Virus record (IMG/VR): IMGVR_UViG_3300009605_000022
DNA length: 64,000 nt
Direction: 5' to 3' (one strand)
DNA from: an uncultured virus (IMG/VR IMGVR_UViG_3300009605_000022)
Taxonomy: Duplodnaviria > Heunggongvirae > Uroviricota > Caudoviricetes
A model generated the notes under the pieces. That model ran no database searches. It was given only the letters and a program-made list of their open reading frames with translations, and was not told the origin of the DNA. Every line of letters begins with the position of its first letter. Within the stretch, counting starts at the first letter, position 1. Both the position numbers and the translations under genes were made by a program. Shown piece after piece: positions 9,890-21,600 of the stretch.

Positions 9890-12800
9890 ATGGGTTTTGC
9901 AGGACAAATATTTGCAGCGCGTGTCGCAGTCGGATTGGCTACTCCGAGCCCACAGGCTTTATCGGACGCAGGTAAAACGCTAGCAACAGGTGTCGAAGCA
10001 ATATATGGTAAGTTAAATCAAAAGAAAGTTAAAGCAGCTAAAGATAGAGAGAAAGCAGCTAACGAAGAGTTATCAGCAGCAAAATCTAATTTAAGTAAGT
10101 TTAGAGGTGATGAAGCTTCAAAGCTAGCCAAAGAAACGTCTGACCAGATTGCTCAAGTAGAATTTATTGGAAAGCGTATGAAACAGGCTGTACAAGCCTC
10201 GACGTCAGGTACTGGAGAAGTTTTCGGTCAGTTAAAGACAATGATTCCTAAAGATGTTTCTAAATCTTTATTAGCAGGAACTGACAAAGTAATGAGCTCA
10301 ATAGATAAGGCTCAAAAAATGGGTGCAAATTATGCTAAGATGACTGAAGGTCAGAGAGCAAAACTTCACCAAGGTACTGTAAAAAATATACAAGACAAAG
10401 AAGCTGAGATAAAAGGTATAGATAAGTTAAATAAAAGAAACGAAAACTTCATTAAGCAAATGCAAAAGGAACAGGACCAGTACGAAAAGAATTATGAAGG
10501 AAAAAGAGGTAGAAACTCACACTTCCTAAAAGAAATGAAGTCTTATGACGAAATGATTAAGACAATGAAGAAAGAAAATGTAGAACGAACTGAGGGAATT
10601 GAAAAAATACAAGAAACTATTAAAGTAGCTAAGAATGAGAAACAAGTAATAGATGACATAAAAGAATCTTACAACGCTTCTAAGAAAAGTATTAAAGATG
10701 CAGGAGATGTTTTAGAAAAGAAATATAGCAAAGCTCAAAAGAAAGCTAAGGATGCTACAAAGAAGACCAAAGACGAAATTGCAGCAATGAGCACTAGAGC
10801 CAAAGCTATGGGTCAAAACATAGGTAAGGCTGCTACACAGATATCATCAGGCTTTAACAACGCTTTACGTGACTCTATTGGGGTTATGACGGCGTTCTAT
10901 TACAAACTCAACCAGAACACACAAGAATTAATTGCTTTCGAAAGAGAATTGATTAATGCAGGTTCTGTATTTGAAGGAACTAAAGATGAACTATTTGAAG
11001 CAGGTGAGGTAGTTACTCAGTTCGGACAAAGATTTGGTATTGAAATGCAAAACGGTGCAACAGGTCTTTATCAACTGGCTTCTGCTGGTTTAACGGTAGA
11101 AGAATCTATGAAGGTATTACCAGAAACGCTCAAATTATCTATGGCTGTTCAAGGTGACCACAATACTATTGCTAAATTAACCACACAGACCATTAAAGGT
11201 TTCGGTATGGAAATGGATGATGCTGCTATTATTACAGACAAGTTTGCATACGCTATTCAGAAGTCTCTGATTGAGTATGAAGATTTATCAAGCGCTGTTA
11301 AGTTTGCTCTACCTTTCTTTACATCGACAGGGCAATCTATAGACCAACTGTTAGGGTCTCTACAGATATTGACTAATAGAGCTTTAGAGGCTGGTATTGC
11401 AGGGCGTGGTTTGAGACAAGCTCTAGCAGAGTTTGCTGAAGGAGCAGAAGATAACGATAGAGCTTTCAGAAAGATGGGTATTAACATCTTAAATGCAGAA
11501 GGAGAAATGAAGCAATTGAACGAGATTGCGGCTGATTTCGCTAAGGTAGTAGGCGAAGATACAGTAACTAACACAGAATTATTAACATCATTGATAGACG
11601 ACTTGAATGTGCGTGGTGCTACCGCGTTTGTCCACTTAGTTCAAGCATCTGACGAATTCACTGAAGCTGTACATAATACAGCTAATGCTGGTGGAGAGTT
11701 AGATATGATGGTCGAGAAGCAGAACGAATCTTTGCATTCTCAGATACAAATTTTAAAGAATAATGTTGGCATGATATTTATGCTTAACGATGCTAACTAT
11801 GCAGGAACTGGATATCTAAATGGTTTTCATGAAGCAGTTCATAATGCAGTAGCTACATTGAAAAACTTACTCGTAGTAGAAGAAGAAGGCACAATGGTCT
11901 TAACCGCTTTCGGTCAACAAATACAAGATATCGCTACAAGTGGAATAAACCTTTTAGTAGATGTTATGAAAGAAGCAGTAGTAATAGTTAGAGAATTCAC
12001 TGATGCTGGTGCTTTAAATATGGACTTGCTTAAATTATATGCAATGCCATTAAAAATAGTTTTAGATATATTAAATTTCATAGGTCCAAGTGGGACTAAA
12101 TTCTTATTATATTTCTCAATGTTGAATAAACTATTACCAGTATCAACAATACTTCAAGGAATATACAATTACAAATTATTAGAAGCCACCGCTGCTTCTT
12201 CCGCATTAGCAATCGCTAACGAAAAGGAAGCTGCCGCAAAACGTGCTGTAGTTTTTGCAGATATAGGGGGAGTTCCTGCTAAGAATACTAACACTGCTGC
12301 TACATGGGGTCAATGGTTGGCTACAAATTCATTAACAACGGCACTATGGGGTGCAGTAACTGCAACATATGCTTTCTTAGCACCATGGGCACCATTTATT
12401 GCAATAGGACTTGCTGTTGTAGGTGTTTTCTATATATTAAACAAAGAATTCAATATACTCGGTAGATTAATGGGTATGGTAAAAGAGGGTGTCAAGATAT
12501 TTGGTGAAGCATGGACTGAGGCATATGACGTACATATATTCCCATTCCTCTACACGGTAGGTAAAGAAATAGTAGCATTCGGAGCTATAGTTGGTTTTGT
12601 TATATCAGGTATTGTGCAACATATAAGAAATTGGATTGCAGACAATGGTATGATAGTACAAACTTTAAAATTCGTTTTTGATATAATATGGACAATAGGA
12701 CAAGTTGCAATTGCTTATGTAGTATATAAAGTCAAACAATGGTACAACTTATTTGAAACTGTATTCGATATAATTGGAGAAATATATGCGTTTGTAACAG

Positions 12801-13441
12801 GAGAACAAACTGTATGGGAAACTGTAGAAAATATAGTAGGTCATATCAAAGATTATTTCGTACAATGGTGGGAAAATATAGACGAAGCTATCTCAAGTGT
12901 AGATGCATTAGCAGGACCATGGGATACATTCAAATCGGGAGTTAAGGATGTTTTAGACTATTTCATTGACATGTACAACAAAGTCAAGGACATAGTAGAT
13001 ATAATGCCTAGTGTTGAAGGTTCATCATTTGCAGCTGGTGCTGAAACATCTTACTTAGCAGGTGAAGAAGGATATATACCTGACTTAGGTTTAACTGGTA
13101 ATAAGGATACATCTTACTGGAAAGGCGAAGAAGGACTCTTACCAGATTATGGTATTTTTGGAGCCAATGGTATGTATGTAAGAGGCATGGCTACAGGAGG
13201 CCCAATGGGCACTCGAAGGCCTTATATAGTAGGAGAAAAGGGTCCAGAACTCTTTATGCCTAACAATTCAGGGCAAGTTATAAATAATAGGAGGACCCTA
13301 GATATGTTAGGAAGAAGTATGGAAGGAGGCCCAGCTCTTAACGGACAGCCACAAAAAATAGAAGTGAAAAATCTAGAAGTTTCTTCCGCTAAACTAAAAG
13401 GAACAAGAATGGCAATCGATAGCTTTGCAGGAGTGATATAG
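9890..13441 (+). CDS. Tail tape measure protein (TP901-like core)
   Basis: Long helical protein with 'GLYQLASAG', 'AGRGLRQ', hydrophobic segments and C-terminal 'YIVGEKGPELFMP'. Confidence 0.9.
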   Translation: MGFAGQIFAARVAVGLATPSPQALSDAGKTLATGVEAIYGKLNQKKVKAAKDREKAANEELSAAKSNLSKFRGDEASKLAKETSDQIAQVEFIGKRMKQAVQASTSGTGEVFGQLKTMIPKDVSKSLLAGTDKVMSSIDKAQKMGANYAKMTEGQRAKLHQGTVKNIQDKEAEIKGIDKLNKRNENFIKQMQKEQDQYEKNYEGKRGRNSHFLKEMKSYDEMIKTMKKENVERTEGIEKIQETIKVAKNEKQVIDDIKESYNASKKSIKDAGDVLEKKYSKAQKKAKDATKKTKDEIAAMSTRAKAMGQNIGKAATQISSGFNNALRDSIGVMTAFYYKLNQNTQELIAFERELINAGSVFEGTKDELFEAGEVVTQFGQRFGIEMQNGATGLYQLASAGLTVEESMKVLPETLKLSMAVQGDHNTIAKLTTQTIKGFGMEMDDAAIITDKFAYAIQKSLIEYEDLSSAVKFALPFFTSTGQSIDQLLGSLQILTNRALEAGIAGRGLRQALAEFAEGAEDNDRAFRKMGINILNAEGEMKQLNEIAADFAKVVGEDTVTNTELLTSLIDDLNVRGATAFVHLVQASDEFTEAVHNTANAGGELDMMVEKQNESLHSQIQILKNNVGMIFMLNDANYAGTGYLNGFHEAVHNAVATLKNLLVVEEEGTMVLTAFGQQIQDIATSGINLLVDVMKEAVVIVREFTDAGALNMDLLKLYAMPLKIVLDILNFIGPSGTKFLLYFSMLNKLLPVSTILQGIYNYKLLEATAASSALAIANEKEAAAKRAVVFADIGGVPAKNTNTAATWGQWLATNSLTTALWGAVTATYAFLAPWAPFIAIGLAVVGVFYILNKEFNILGRLMGMVKEGVKIFGEAWTEAYDVHIFPFLYTVGKEIVAFGAIVGFVISGIVQHIRNWIADNGMIVQTLKFVFDIIWTIGQVAIAYVVYKVKQWYNLFETVFDIIGEIYAFVTGEQTVWETVENIVGHIKDYFVQWWENIDEAISSVDALAGPWDTFKSGVKDVLDYFIDMYNKVKDIVDIMPSVEGSSFAAGAETSYLAGEEGYIPDLGLTGNKDTSYWKGEEGLLPDYGIFGANGMYVRGMATGGPMGTRRPYIVGEKGPELFMPNNSGQVINNRRTLDMLGRSMEGGPALNGQPQKIEVKNLEVSSAKLKGTRMAIDSFAGVI

Positions 13442-13443
13442 AT

Positions 13444-16400
13444 ATGGTATCTGTTAGAAAGAATGCATTTTATAAAAAGGCAATTATCCCAGACACAGGA
13501 GTTGCTAAATTAACAGCGTTATTTAAGGATTTTCCTACGTATGAGACAACTAATTTGACACTAGAAGGAGGAGCAAACGCAAATAGGTATGTAGTTTCAG
13601 GAAGTATACCAGACACTCCTAAATATAAACAAGGAAAGCTAAAATCAGGAAAACTCATGGTTTATACTACAGCTACAGAATTATCTGAATCAGCTAGAGT
13701 TCCTCAAGCTTCTTTATATAAGATTAAAAAAGGAATACCAAGCACTGAAGGAAAAGCTTCTATGCTAACTAATGGTAATAAATTATTCGTTATGTCTTCT
13801 ATGTGTGGTACTGACAATATGTACGCAGAAGAAAGCTTTGACGGAGCTGAGAAGACTTTAGGAACTGAGGGTATTAGTGAGGGTGGTAATGGTGGAGTTA
13901 TGCTCCGAGAAAAACCATACGCTGACGCTGGTGCTTTAGCTAAGGTCGTTTATGTAGGCGGTACTTATTCAATATTCCATATGGATGGTGATGGTCCAAA
14001 TGGTGGAACAGGTGCCTTTTTAAGATTCTATTTCGGTATGCAAGAAAATGGTACTGAAAAGGGAGATATGAGTTCAAGAGTTATATTTTTAAAACCAATA
14101 AACCGTAATAAAATAAGTGGTAGATGGACTGTTAAAAATGACCATAGAACTGGTCTCAATCAATATACAGTTTTCGCTCCAGAATGGAAATGGAACGATG
14201 TAAAGGGACTTTTATCATTTATTAAAAGCACACCAGTATCAGAGAGTGATGACGCAACAACTCCTGCTACTAAATCAAATACAATATTTCAAACAATAAG
14301 AAGCAGTCCAGATAATCAAACTGCTTTATCAGAAAATTTAGATGGTGAACCATGGGCATTTAGTACTGTGGAATTATCACAAGAGAATGCAGATGTAGGA
14401 GGACAATCACTGAAATTAGCTCATTTTTGGAATCAAACTGATGGAACAAAACTTTCACAGGATGTATTTGGTCCAACAACCAGCATTAATCCTCAGTTCG
14501 CATGTGCATCAGGAGATATTTTACCTTATCCTGTTGCTTTAGACCAAGCTTTTGCGTCTGATGGAACAACGATACAAGATGTATCAGGAGCAACTGTATC
14601 TTCTCCAGAAGTTAATGTTAAATTTAATATTACAGAATTAGGTCAATCTTTACGTTTGGCTGCCGCAGGTGGCATGCATTACGAATTTGACAAATATGCA
14701 AATAATGCAAATGCTTCAGCAACTGCACCTTCTTATTCTTCTTGGGCAGAAGTAGCTCCCGGAACAACAGGGACAAGTACTAATACATATACAACTCTAC
14801 TGAGGTCCTTTACAGTTACCTTTGGAAACTACCCTGTCGTTGGTGGTGAATCTTTAGATTCTTATTTAAAGAGAGGTATGGAAGGATTTTATTGGGGTAA
14901 TGATTTAACTGTTGATGCTAGTAATTACACTGGTGTAGCAGCTAATCCTCATGACCCTGCCACTACTTACAAAAAGAAAGGAGTTCTTCCTGTTGTTGGA
15001 GGTTTTACAGTAATGAGATACATGGATGCAGATGATTCTGATTCTCCACGTCGTGTAGTAGCTACGCCTTTATTAACTAGAGTTTCTTCTTATGGTTATA
15101 CAGCAAATATATCAGAAAGAGCAATGTTAACTCGTTTTGTCTCTGGTGCAGGAGCGACTTTAACTAATGCCGATGCAAATATTATGATGTTTGGTGCTTC
15201 TACTAAAACAGATTCAGCAAGTAACGCAGCAAATAGAATAATTGATGATTATAGTAGTGCAAGTGTACAATTAGAACCTTCCGTAGCATTAAGTATGGAC
15301 CAATTCGTGAACGCTAAAGTAGTGTTCAATATGAATGGAACAAATAGTAGAGAAAATTGTGATTTAGCAAGAGTTTATTTTACAGATGGTGTATATAGTG
15401 AAGCAGAAGACTCTAACATTACTACAGAACCACCATCAATGCAAATGTATTTTCCTCTCAGTATGGCAGGTCTCAGTACACCTCCAACTGCACCAGAAGG
15501 TTCTATAACTGACTGGTCTTGGACTACAATACCTGAGTTCTGGCCACGTTACATGACAGTATGGTTACAAAATTATTCTTATTTCGATGGAGTTTCAGGT
15601 TCTGCTAACATAGACACAAGGTGGGGAAGGTTTGATACCGGTAATCCAACCTTTGGGGCAGTTATAAGAAATGAATTCCCTGTTGCTTCTGGTGCTCGTT
15701 TAGCTACAGCTTATGTTGATAGTATAAATTTAAAGAATTTTACACCTGAAGTTACTAACCATTCTGCTAATGCTTCTTCATTTACAAAACCAATGAATAT
15801 TCGTTCAGAAGGTATACCAATGTATCTTACATCTGGAGCAGTCATAGACAACGGAGCTACTGCATTACCACGATATGTAAGAGGTTGGGCATCTAATACA
15901 GACAATGCAGGAGAAGAAGTTGCAAGAGCTTTTGTTCCTACATATGTAACTATAGGAATGGACAATTTAGAAGATGCTTTATATACTGTTGATGTTTCCT
16001 CAGCTGGTGCAGTCTCTGAAGGTACTTTATTATGGAATGGTTTTTCCACCCCTGCTTTCTCAGGTTTAGAAAATGTTAATAATTACACTGCTAAAACATG
16101 GGTAATGGGCGTTTCAGGCTCTTTAGCTTCTTCAGCCCCAACAGGTTATAGAAGTGCTAACATGTTAGGTAATCAAATGGCAGGAAATACATATGCTAAC
16201 CCAACAGGTACAGCAGCAACAGCTGTTTCTCGGTTCGCTTTACCAAGTAGACTTACATCAGGTAACATCGATGCATCAGAAGATTTAGCTGGAGGGACTT
16301 ATGCAGACCCATATACCTTATATTTCGCATCTGGAAACAATGGTATAGATACTCGTTCATTTAATGCATTTACTTCTAAAGGAACTATGCAATTAAGAAT

Positions 16401-18618
16401 GGATACTGGAACAGATAACCAATTAGATACAGGTGCAGGAAATGCTAGAAACTGGGTAAAAAGAGAAAATGTATTAGCATCTACTAAAATTAAAGCAATC
16501 CCAGAATTTGATATAGATAGTCCAAATTATGATTTAAACAACCGTAGTATTCGTGTCCAAAATCCAGAAGTCTTTAGAGAAGACACTGTAGGAGACACTA
16601 GTTATGTAATTTATTGTGCAAACGCTTCATTGACAGACCATCAAATAACAGGCAGTGAACAATGTATCACTCAAGCTGGTATATTTGGTGATGAAGGTCA
16701 ACCAGTAGCTTTATGTGTTATGAATGGAACAACCACCGTAACATGTCCATCTAATAGTTTTATTGAAGTAGGTATGACTGTAGCAGATATAGTACAAACT
16801 GCACTGAATTCACAAATTGCTGAAAATACTACAGTTGTAGCTGTAAATACACCGGGAGCTGTAACTTCTATGACTCTCAGTGTAGCTGCAAAAGTTTCAA
16901 CCACAGCTACTTTAAAGTTTGGTGGTAGAGTTACACGAAGTGGATATTTAACTCAACAAGGAAGACCACAAAACGAAATAATAACATTTAACGAAGATGT
17001 AACAGCCATTGTTAACAACGCAAATTTACCATATTTATACGTATCTCCTGTTAAGAAATGGTTAAACATGGAAGTGTATCCCGGTTCAGGTAATGCTACT
17101 ACTAATAAAGCGTGGGAAAGCGGCTCAGCTGGAAGTAATGTCACATATGACAGTATTCTCGGTTTAGGAGAAGCACCAACAGCAGCGACTTTAACAGGTT
17201 CTACTTACAATGAATCTGATTATGGTTACAGTACAACAACTGGTTTGGCTACTGGTAAGAATGCTGTTTACAGAAATCCATGGGTTTTAGACACTGCTGA
17301 AAAAACAGAAACTAACCTAGATTTAGAAGAAGATTTTGGTTTTGGCACCTATGATGCTTCTAAAGACGAAGGTGGACAAGTAGATGTTAAAGCATTACAA
17401 GTAGGATATCAGACAGAGTTTGATATTACAGCAGTTTTAAAGAAAACTAAAGACCCAGAAGAACCAATTTTATTTACATTACAATTAAATACACCAACAA
17501 ACAGACAATCAGCTACGCTAACTGGTAATGATAGTGGTAATTCAGAATTTTTCAAACCTTATTATTTATTCGAATATATAGACCCAGTTCCACAATTGAA
17601 AAACCTTAAAGTAACACCTGCTTTTGATGGTATATCCAAAGAAGCAGACTTATATAAACTAGGAACTGAGAACTTAAATGCAGTAGTATATGAGTGGGAA
17701 GAATCTGGTGACGATATATGGTATAAATACATATTAAGAAAAGATAATGCAACGATACCAGATAAATACAGCAGTTGTTTTTTCCATGCACCATTAAATG
17801 AACCAGATACTATTACCGCACCGGGAACACCTTCTACATATTATGCTTATACTTATGATACAAATACTTTTGTAGATGGTACCAACAAGGCTGATTTAAC
17901 AGCTACTGGTGTAAAAGCTACAATTGAGGGTTTAGCAGGATATGCTGCCCAATTCAATGGAACCACTGCTTCTGTTTCTATACCAAACTCTGAATTTGTA
18001 GGTCCTGTTGGTAAAACAGAATACAGTATTGTGGTCCATGCAATACCAGCATCAGGAATGACTGGTAAAAACGTATTATTATCAAAAGGCACAGAAGCCG
18101 CAGGATTGGTCATTTATGCCTCTGGGTCTACTGCCTATAACCAAAAGATATACGCGACCATAAACAGCGCTACAGCGCTACTTACGGGCACATCTAACAT
18201 TGTATGTGATGGTCAGACCCCATTAAATGTCATTTATACATACAAACAGACAACAGAAGGACGTCCTAACATGGAACTTTATGTTAATGGACGTTTGGAA
18301 AATTATTCAATAAATAACACAGCAGTAACTGCTACAGCTAATTTAACTATGGGAGCATTGTCTGGTAATACTAGTGCATGGGATGGAACAATAGAAGAAG
18401 TTCTTATGTATGACCAACAATTGTGTGTGGTAGAATCAGGAAGTAAGTATTTACATAGTACTATTATGGAAAATGAATATGAAGGTGGAAGTAGTACAGC
18501 TAATTTAGCTACTAAAAACGCACGAGTATTCGCATTTGATTACACTAATATTAGAGGAACTTCTTCAGAAGAAGTAGGAATGTCTAATGAAACATCTTGG
18601 GAGATGACACCACTATGA
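13444..18618 (+). CDS. Large tail/receptor-binding protein with C-terminal LamG/ConA-like domain
   Basis: 'AAQFNGT...ELYVNG...LTMG...WDGTIEEVLMYD' LamG pattern; Ser/Thr-rich. Confidence 0.7.
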   Translation: MVSVRKNAFYKKAIIPDTGVAKLTALFKDFPTYETTNLTLEGGANANRYVVSGSIPDTPKYKQGKLKSGKLMVYTTATELSESARVPQASLYKIKKGIPSTEGKASMLTNGNKLFVMSSMCGTDNMYAEESFDGAEKTLGTEGISEGGNGGVMLREKPYADAGALAKVVYVGGTYSIFHMDGDGPNGGTGAFLRFYFGMQENGTEKGDMSSRVIFLKPINRNKISGRWTVKNDHRTGLNQYTVFAPEWKWNDVKGLLSFIKSTPVSESDDATTPATKSNTIFQTIRSSPDNQTALSENLDGEPWAFSTVELSQENADVGGQSLKLAHFWNQTDGTKLSQDVFGPTTSINPQFACASGDILPYPVALDQAFASDGTTIQDVSGATVSSPEVNVKFNITELGQSLRLAAAGGMHYEFDKYANNANASATAPSYSSWAEVAPGTTGTSTNTYTTLLRSFTVTFGNYPVVGGESLDSYLKRGMEGFYWGNDLTVDASNYTGVAANPHDPATTYKKKGVLPVVGGFTVMRYMDADDSDSPRRVVATPLLTRVSSYGYTANISERAMLTRFVSGAGATLTNADANIMMFGASTKTDSASNAANRIIDDYSSASVQLEPSVALSMDQFVNAKVVFNMNGTNSRENCDLARVYFTDGVYSEAEDSNITTEPPSMQMYFPLSMAGLSTPPTAPEGSITDWSWTTIPEFWPRYMTVWLQNYSYFDGVSGSANIDTRWGRFDTGNPTFGAVIRNEFPVASGARLATAYVDSINLKNFTPEVTNHSANASSFTKPMNIRSEGIPMYLTSGAVIDNGATALPRYVRGWASNTDNAGEEVARAFVPTYVTIGMDNLEDALYTVDVSSAGAVSEGTLLWNGFSTPAFSGLENVNNYTAKTWVMGVSGSLASSAPTGYRSANMLGNQMAGNTYANPTGTAATAVSRFALPSRLTSGNIDASEDLAGGTYADPYTLYFASGNNGIDTRSFNAFTSKGTMQLRMDTGTDNQLDTGAGNARNWVKRENVLASTKIKAIPEFDIDSPNYDLNNRSIRVQNPEVFREDTVGDTSYVIYCANASLTDHQITGSEQCITQAGIFGDEGQPVALCVMNGTTTVTCPSNSFIEVGMTVADIVQTALNSQIAENTTVVAVNTPGAVTSMTLSVAAKVSTTATLKFGGRVTRSGYLTQQGRPQNEIITFNEDVTAIVNNANLPYLYVSPVKKWLNMEVYPGSGNATTNKAWESGSAGSNVTYDSILGLGEAPTAATLTGSTYNESDYGYSTTTGLATGKNAVYRNPWVLDTAEKTETNLDLEEDFGFGTYDASKDEGGQVDVKALQVGYQTEFDITAVLKKTKDPEEPILFTLQLNTPTNRQSATLTGNDSGNSEFFKPYYLFEYIDPVPQLKNLKVTPAFDGISKEADLYKLGTENLNAVVYEWEESGDDIWYKYILRKDNATIPDKYSSCFFHAPLNEPDTITAPGTPSTYYAYTYDTNTFVDGTNKADLTATGVKATIEGLAGYAAQFNGTTASVSIPNSEFVGPVGKTEYSIVVHAIPASGMTGKNVLLSKGTEAAGLVIYASGSTAYNQKIYATINSATALLTGTSNIVCDGQTPLNVIYTYKQTTEGRPNMELYVNGRLENYSINNTAVTATANLTMGALSGNTSAWDGTIEEVLMYDQQLCVVESGSKYLHSTIMENEYEGGSSTANLATKNARVFAFDYTNIRGTSSEEVGMSNETSWEMTPL

Positions 18619-21600
18619 CGTTATATTTTAATGCAGCAACAGGGTCTGCGACCGCAACAGGAGACGTTTTTACTGAGGTTTCAGGTAATTTAAGGTTTAC
18701 TAAACCAGACGTAAGAGCAGTTTATATAGATTGGGGAGATGGTGAAGACCCTGATGGAAACTTTTCACATGACCGCAGATATGCTAATTACCAGTGGGTA
18801 AAATTAGATGAACCAAAAGAAAATATTATCACTACTCACACTTATACAGCTACCGGTACATTCAATCCAGTAGTTCAAACTGTTAATTCAAACGGTTTTT
18901 TCAGTAGATATACAGGTGCAGGGGCAGACCCCGGCTCGTATGTTTTACAACCATATTCTCAAAATGCATTTAGTACAAGTAACTTTACTGCTAATAATAA
19001 TCAGGGTGGAATTCAACCTATTACTATCAGTGATACTGAAGCTACAGCAGTTTTAAAGAGTCAAAATAGAACTGTTTTCTCTGGTATTGACAACTCTATA
19101 TTAGAAAAAGAAGGACCTAAGTTATTATATATGGTAATACCTCCTCTTTGTACAGCAGCTGAATTAACTACTGTTGCTAGTGCTACGTTACAAGTAAAAT
19201 GTGTGATGGATTTTTCTATGATAGAGAATGGAACTCAAGCTACCGAAGTAGGTGGTGGTGGTCGTAGAATTGTAACTTTAGAAAAGACCTTAGCAGGAGC
19301 AGCTTTATCAGGTGCATCAGGTATAACTGTATTAGATGAATTAGATGATGGCACAAGTGCTACTGGTTTGGTTTCTCAAGTTTTAGAAGTAAAATATTTA
19401 GACCCTAAACCAACTACAAATCTCAATGTATACAGTGATAATGATATTTATAACAGATTTAAAATGTTTGTTGTAGTCACTGGTGATGATGGGTTTGAAT
19501 ATCCTCTCAGTTATGTTACAGCAGGTTCTCCTATTAAAAAAGCTAATGACCCATTACGAAATACTATTTTAGATTTTGGTCAAAGTAGAGCAGCAGCCTC
19601 AAATGTTGACATAAGTCAGTATAGATATGATGTAGGTAAAGTATGGTTTCAACCTGCAAATCAATGGGATATTACAGGAACATTACATTTAGGAGACGCT
19701 ACAGCACAAACCAATACAACTAAGACTGTAGGATATACTTACTCAAATGTTCAACCTAACGGCTTAAATGGAGTCAATACTGCTGCATATTTAGCTTTTT
19801 CAGACAGTTCAAGTGCACGTGCTGCTTATGATTATGGCAGTTTATCACAAAAGTTTAGAACTGACCAGTTTATTATAGACGATTTCGGTAGGTTTTTACC
19901 TCAAAACCATTTAACTAGAGTTCAAGTACAACCTTCTAGTTCTACAACAACAACTTCATCACAAACAAGTTCAATGTCTGTTAGACCATTACCTTATAGA
20001 GTCACACCTACTACTCTTTCTACTATGTCAATGGCTACTTCAGGTGCAGCAACAAAATTAGATGTCGCTCCTCTTGCTTCAGGTAATTATTCTAGAGCAT
20101 ATGTAACAGAATCATTCAATCAAAGAACAAGTTCAGCAACTAATCTTGTATCACTTAGTGGAGTTAATACACAGACCTTTGATGACATGTCAGGAGACCC
20201 TAGAACTGACAACGAATATATGATTTTATTATTTTCAGAAAAAATGAATATGATTGGATTTAATATAAACAATTACGCTCAAACTTTAATTAATAAAACA
20301 CTCTCAGGTAGTGCAGTAACACCAGCTGAGACGTATAAAATAGGTGTATCTTATCTACATATAGACAATCCAGACACAAGAAAACAGAATGCTTACTGGA
20401 AAGATTTAGAATTTGAAGATACAACCAGAGTCGGACTCGAACTGAGAAACACTACTTCAGGTTCTTATGATTATCAATACACATCTCTAGGGCAATCAGG
20501 ATATATAAAATATGATATGCCTACAGACTGGAAAGCTACTAATCTTGATAAGCTTGTAGGTGGTCAGTATCTTGTAAATTATAGTGATGCTACAAATGAG
20601 ATGAGCTATACAAACACAGTTACTACGGCAGTCGGTAGTACAACTATTACTCATGCCGCTACTTATGCTCCAGCAGCAGGATATCAAGTAAGTGGTAGTG
20701 GTATCCCTTCAGGAGCAACAATCGAATCTATAACAGATAGTACTCATTTTATTATAACTGAAGCCGCAACAGCAGCAGCTAGTGTCACCTGTACATTTAG
20801 ATATCCGGGAACAGACGATATAATTGTTACTGGGTCTACAATAACAGATGTAGGTATAACAGCATCATCAACGTTTGGTGGTGTTATGAAAGTCACTGGA
20901 CTTACAGGAGAAGATGTAACTGGTGGTGCTATTGATTTAGCAGGTTTAGGAACAGCTGATGAATGTGGAGCTTTTAGATACATAGCTCTATGTAATTCGT
21001 CAGATAATGCTAGTGCAAGTACTAGAGCTAAAATAGAAAAAAGACCTTTGTGGGTAGCTAGTGGTACATCTAATGGATTAAACGCAGCAAGAGATGAATT
21101 ATATTTAACTTATGGAGATACAGAAACATCAGGAGGTAATATTTATGACCCTGTTGCAGGTGGTGTGGGAGATACTTGTGTGTTTGTTATTAGACGTATT
21201 AACATTTATGATGTGTTTAATGGTGTTTCTAAGGTTCAACAAGGAGATAATACAAGTAATGTTAAACTAGCTCCAGTAGATGCTCAAGCTACTGCCTTCC
21301 CTAATTCATACGTTTTTTCTGATACATCAACAAGTACAACTACTATAGGTGGTGCAATGACAGCAGCGTGGTCTGGAAGTTCAAATTTAAAATACGCACT
21401 TAAACTATCTATACAAGGTACAGGTAGTGCAGATGGTGGAGGTTCAAGTGTAAAAGCTTTCCCCGGTATTTATAATATATTTGGTATGAATAACTCTTAT
21501 TCAATGAACGTACAAGAAATAGATGATTCTGGTTGGACTTTAAATGCTTTACCTATAACAAGTGATATTGCTTCTACTCAAGCAGGTAATTATTATCAAG

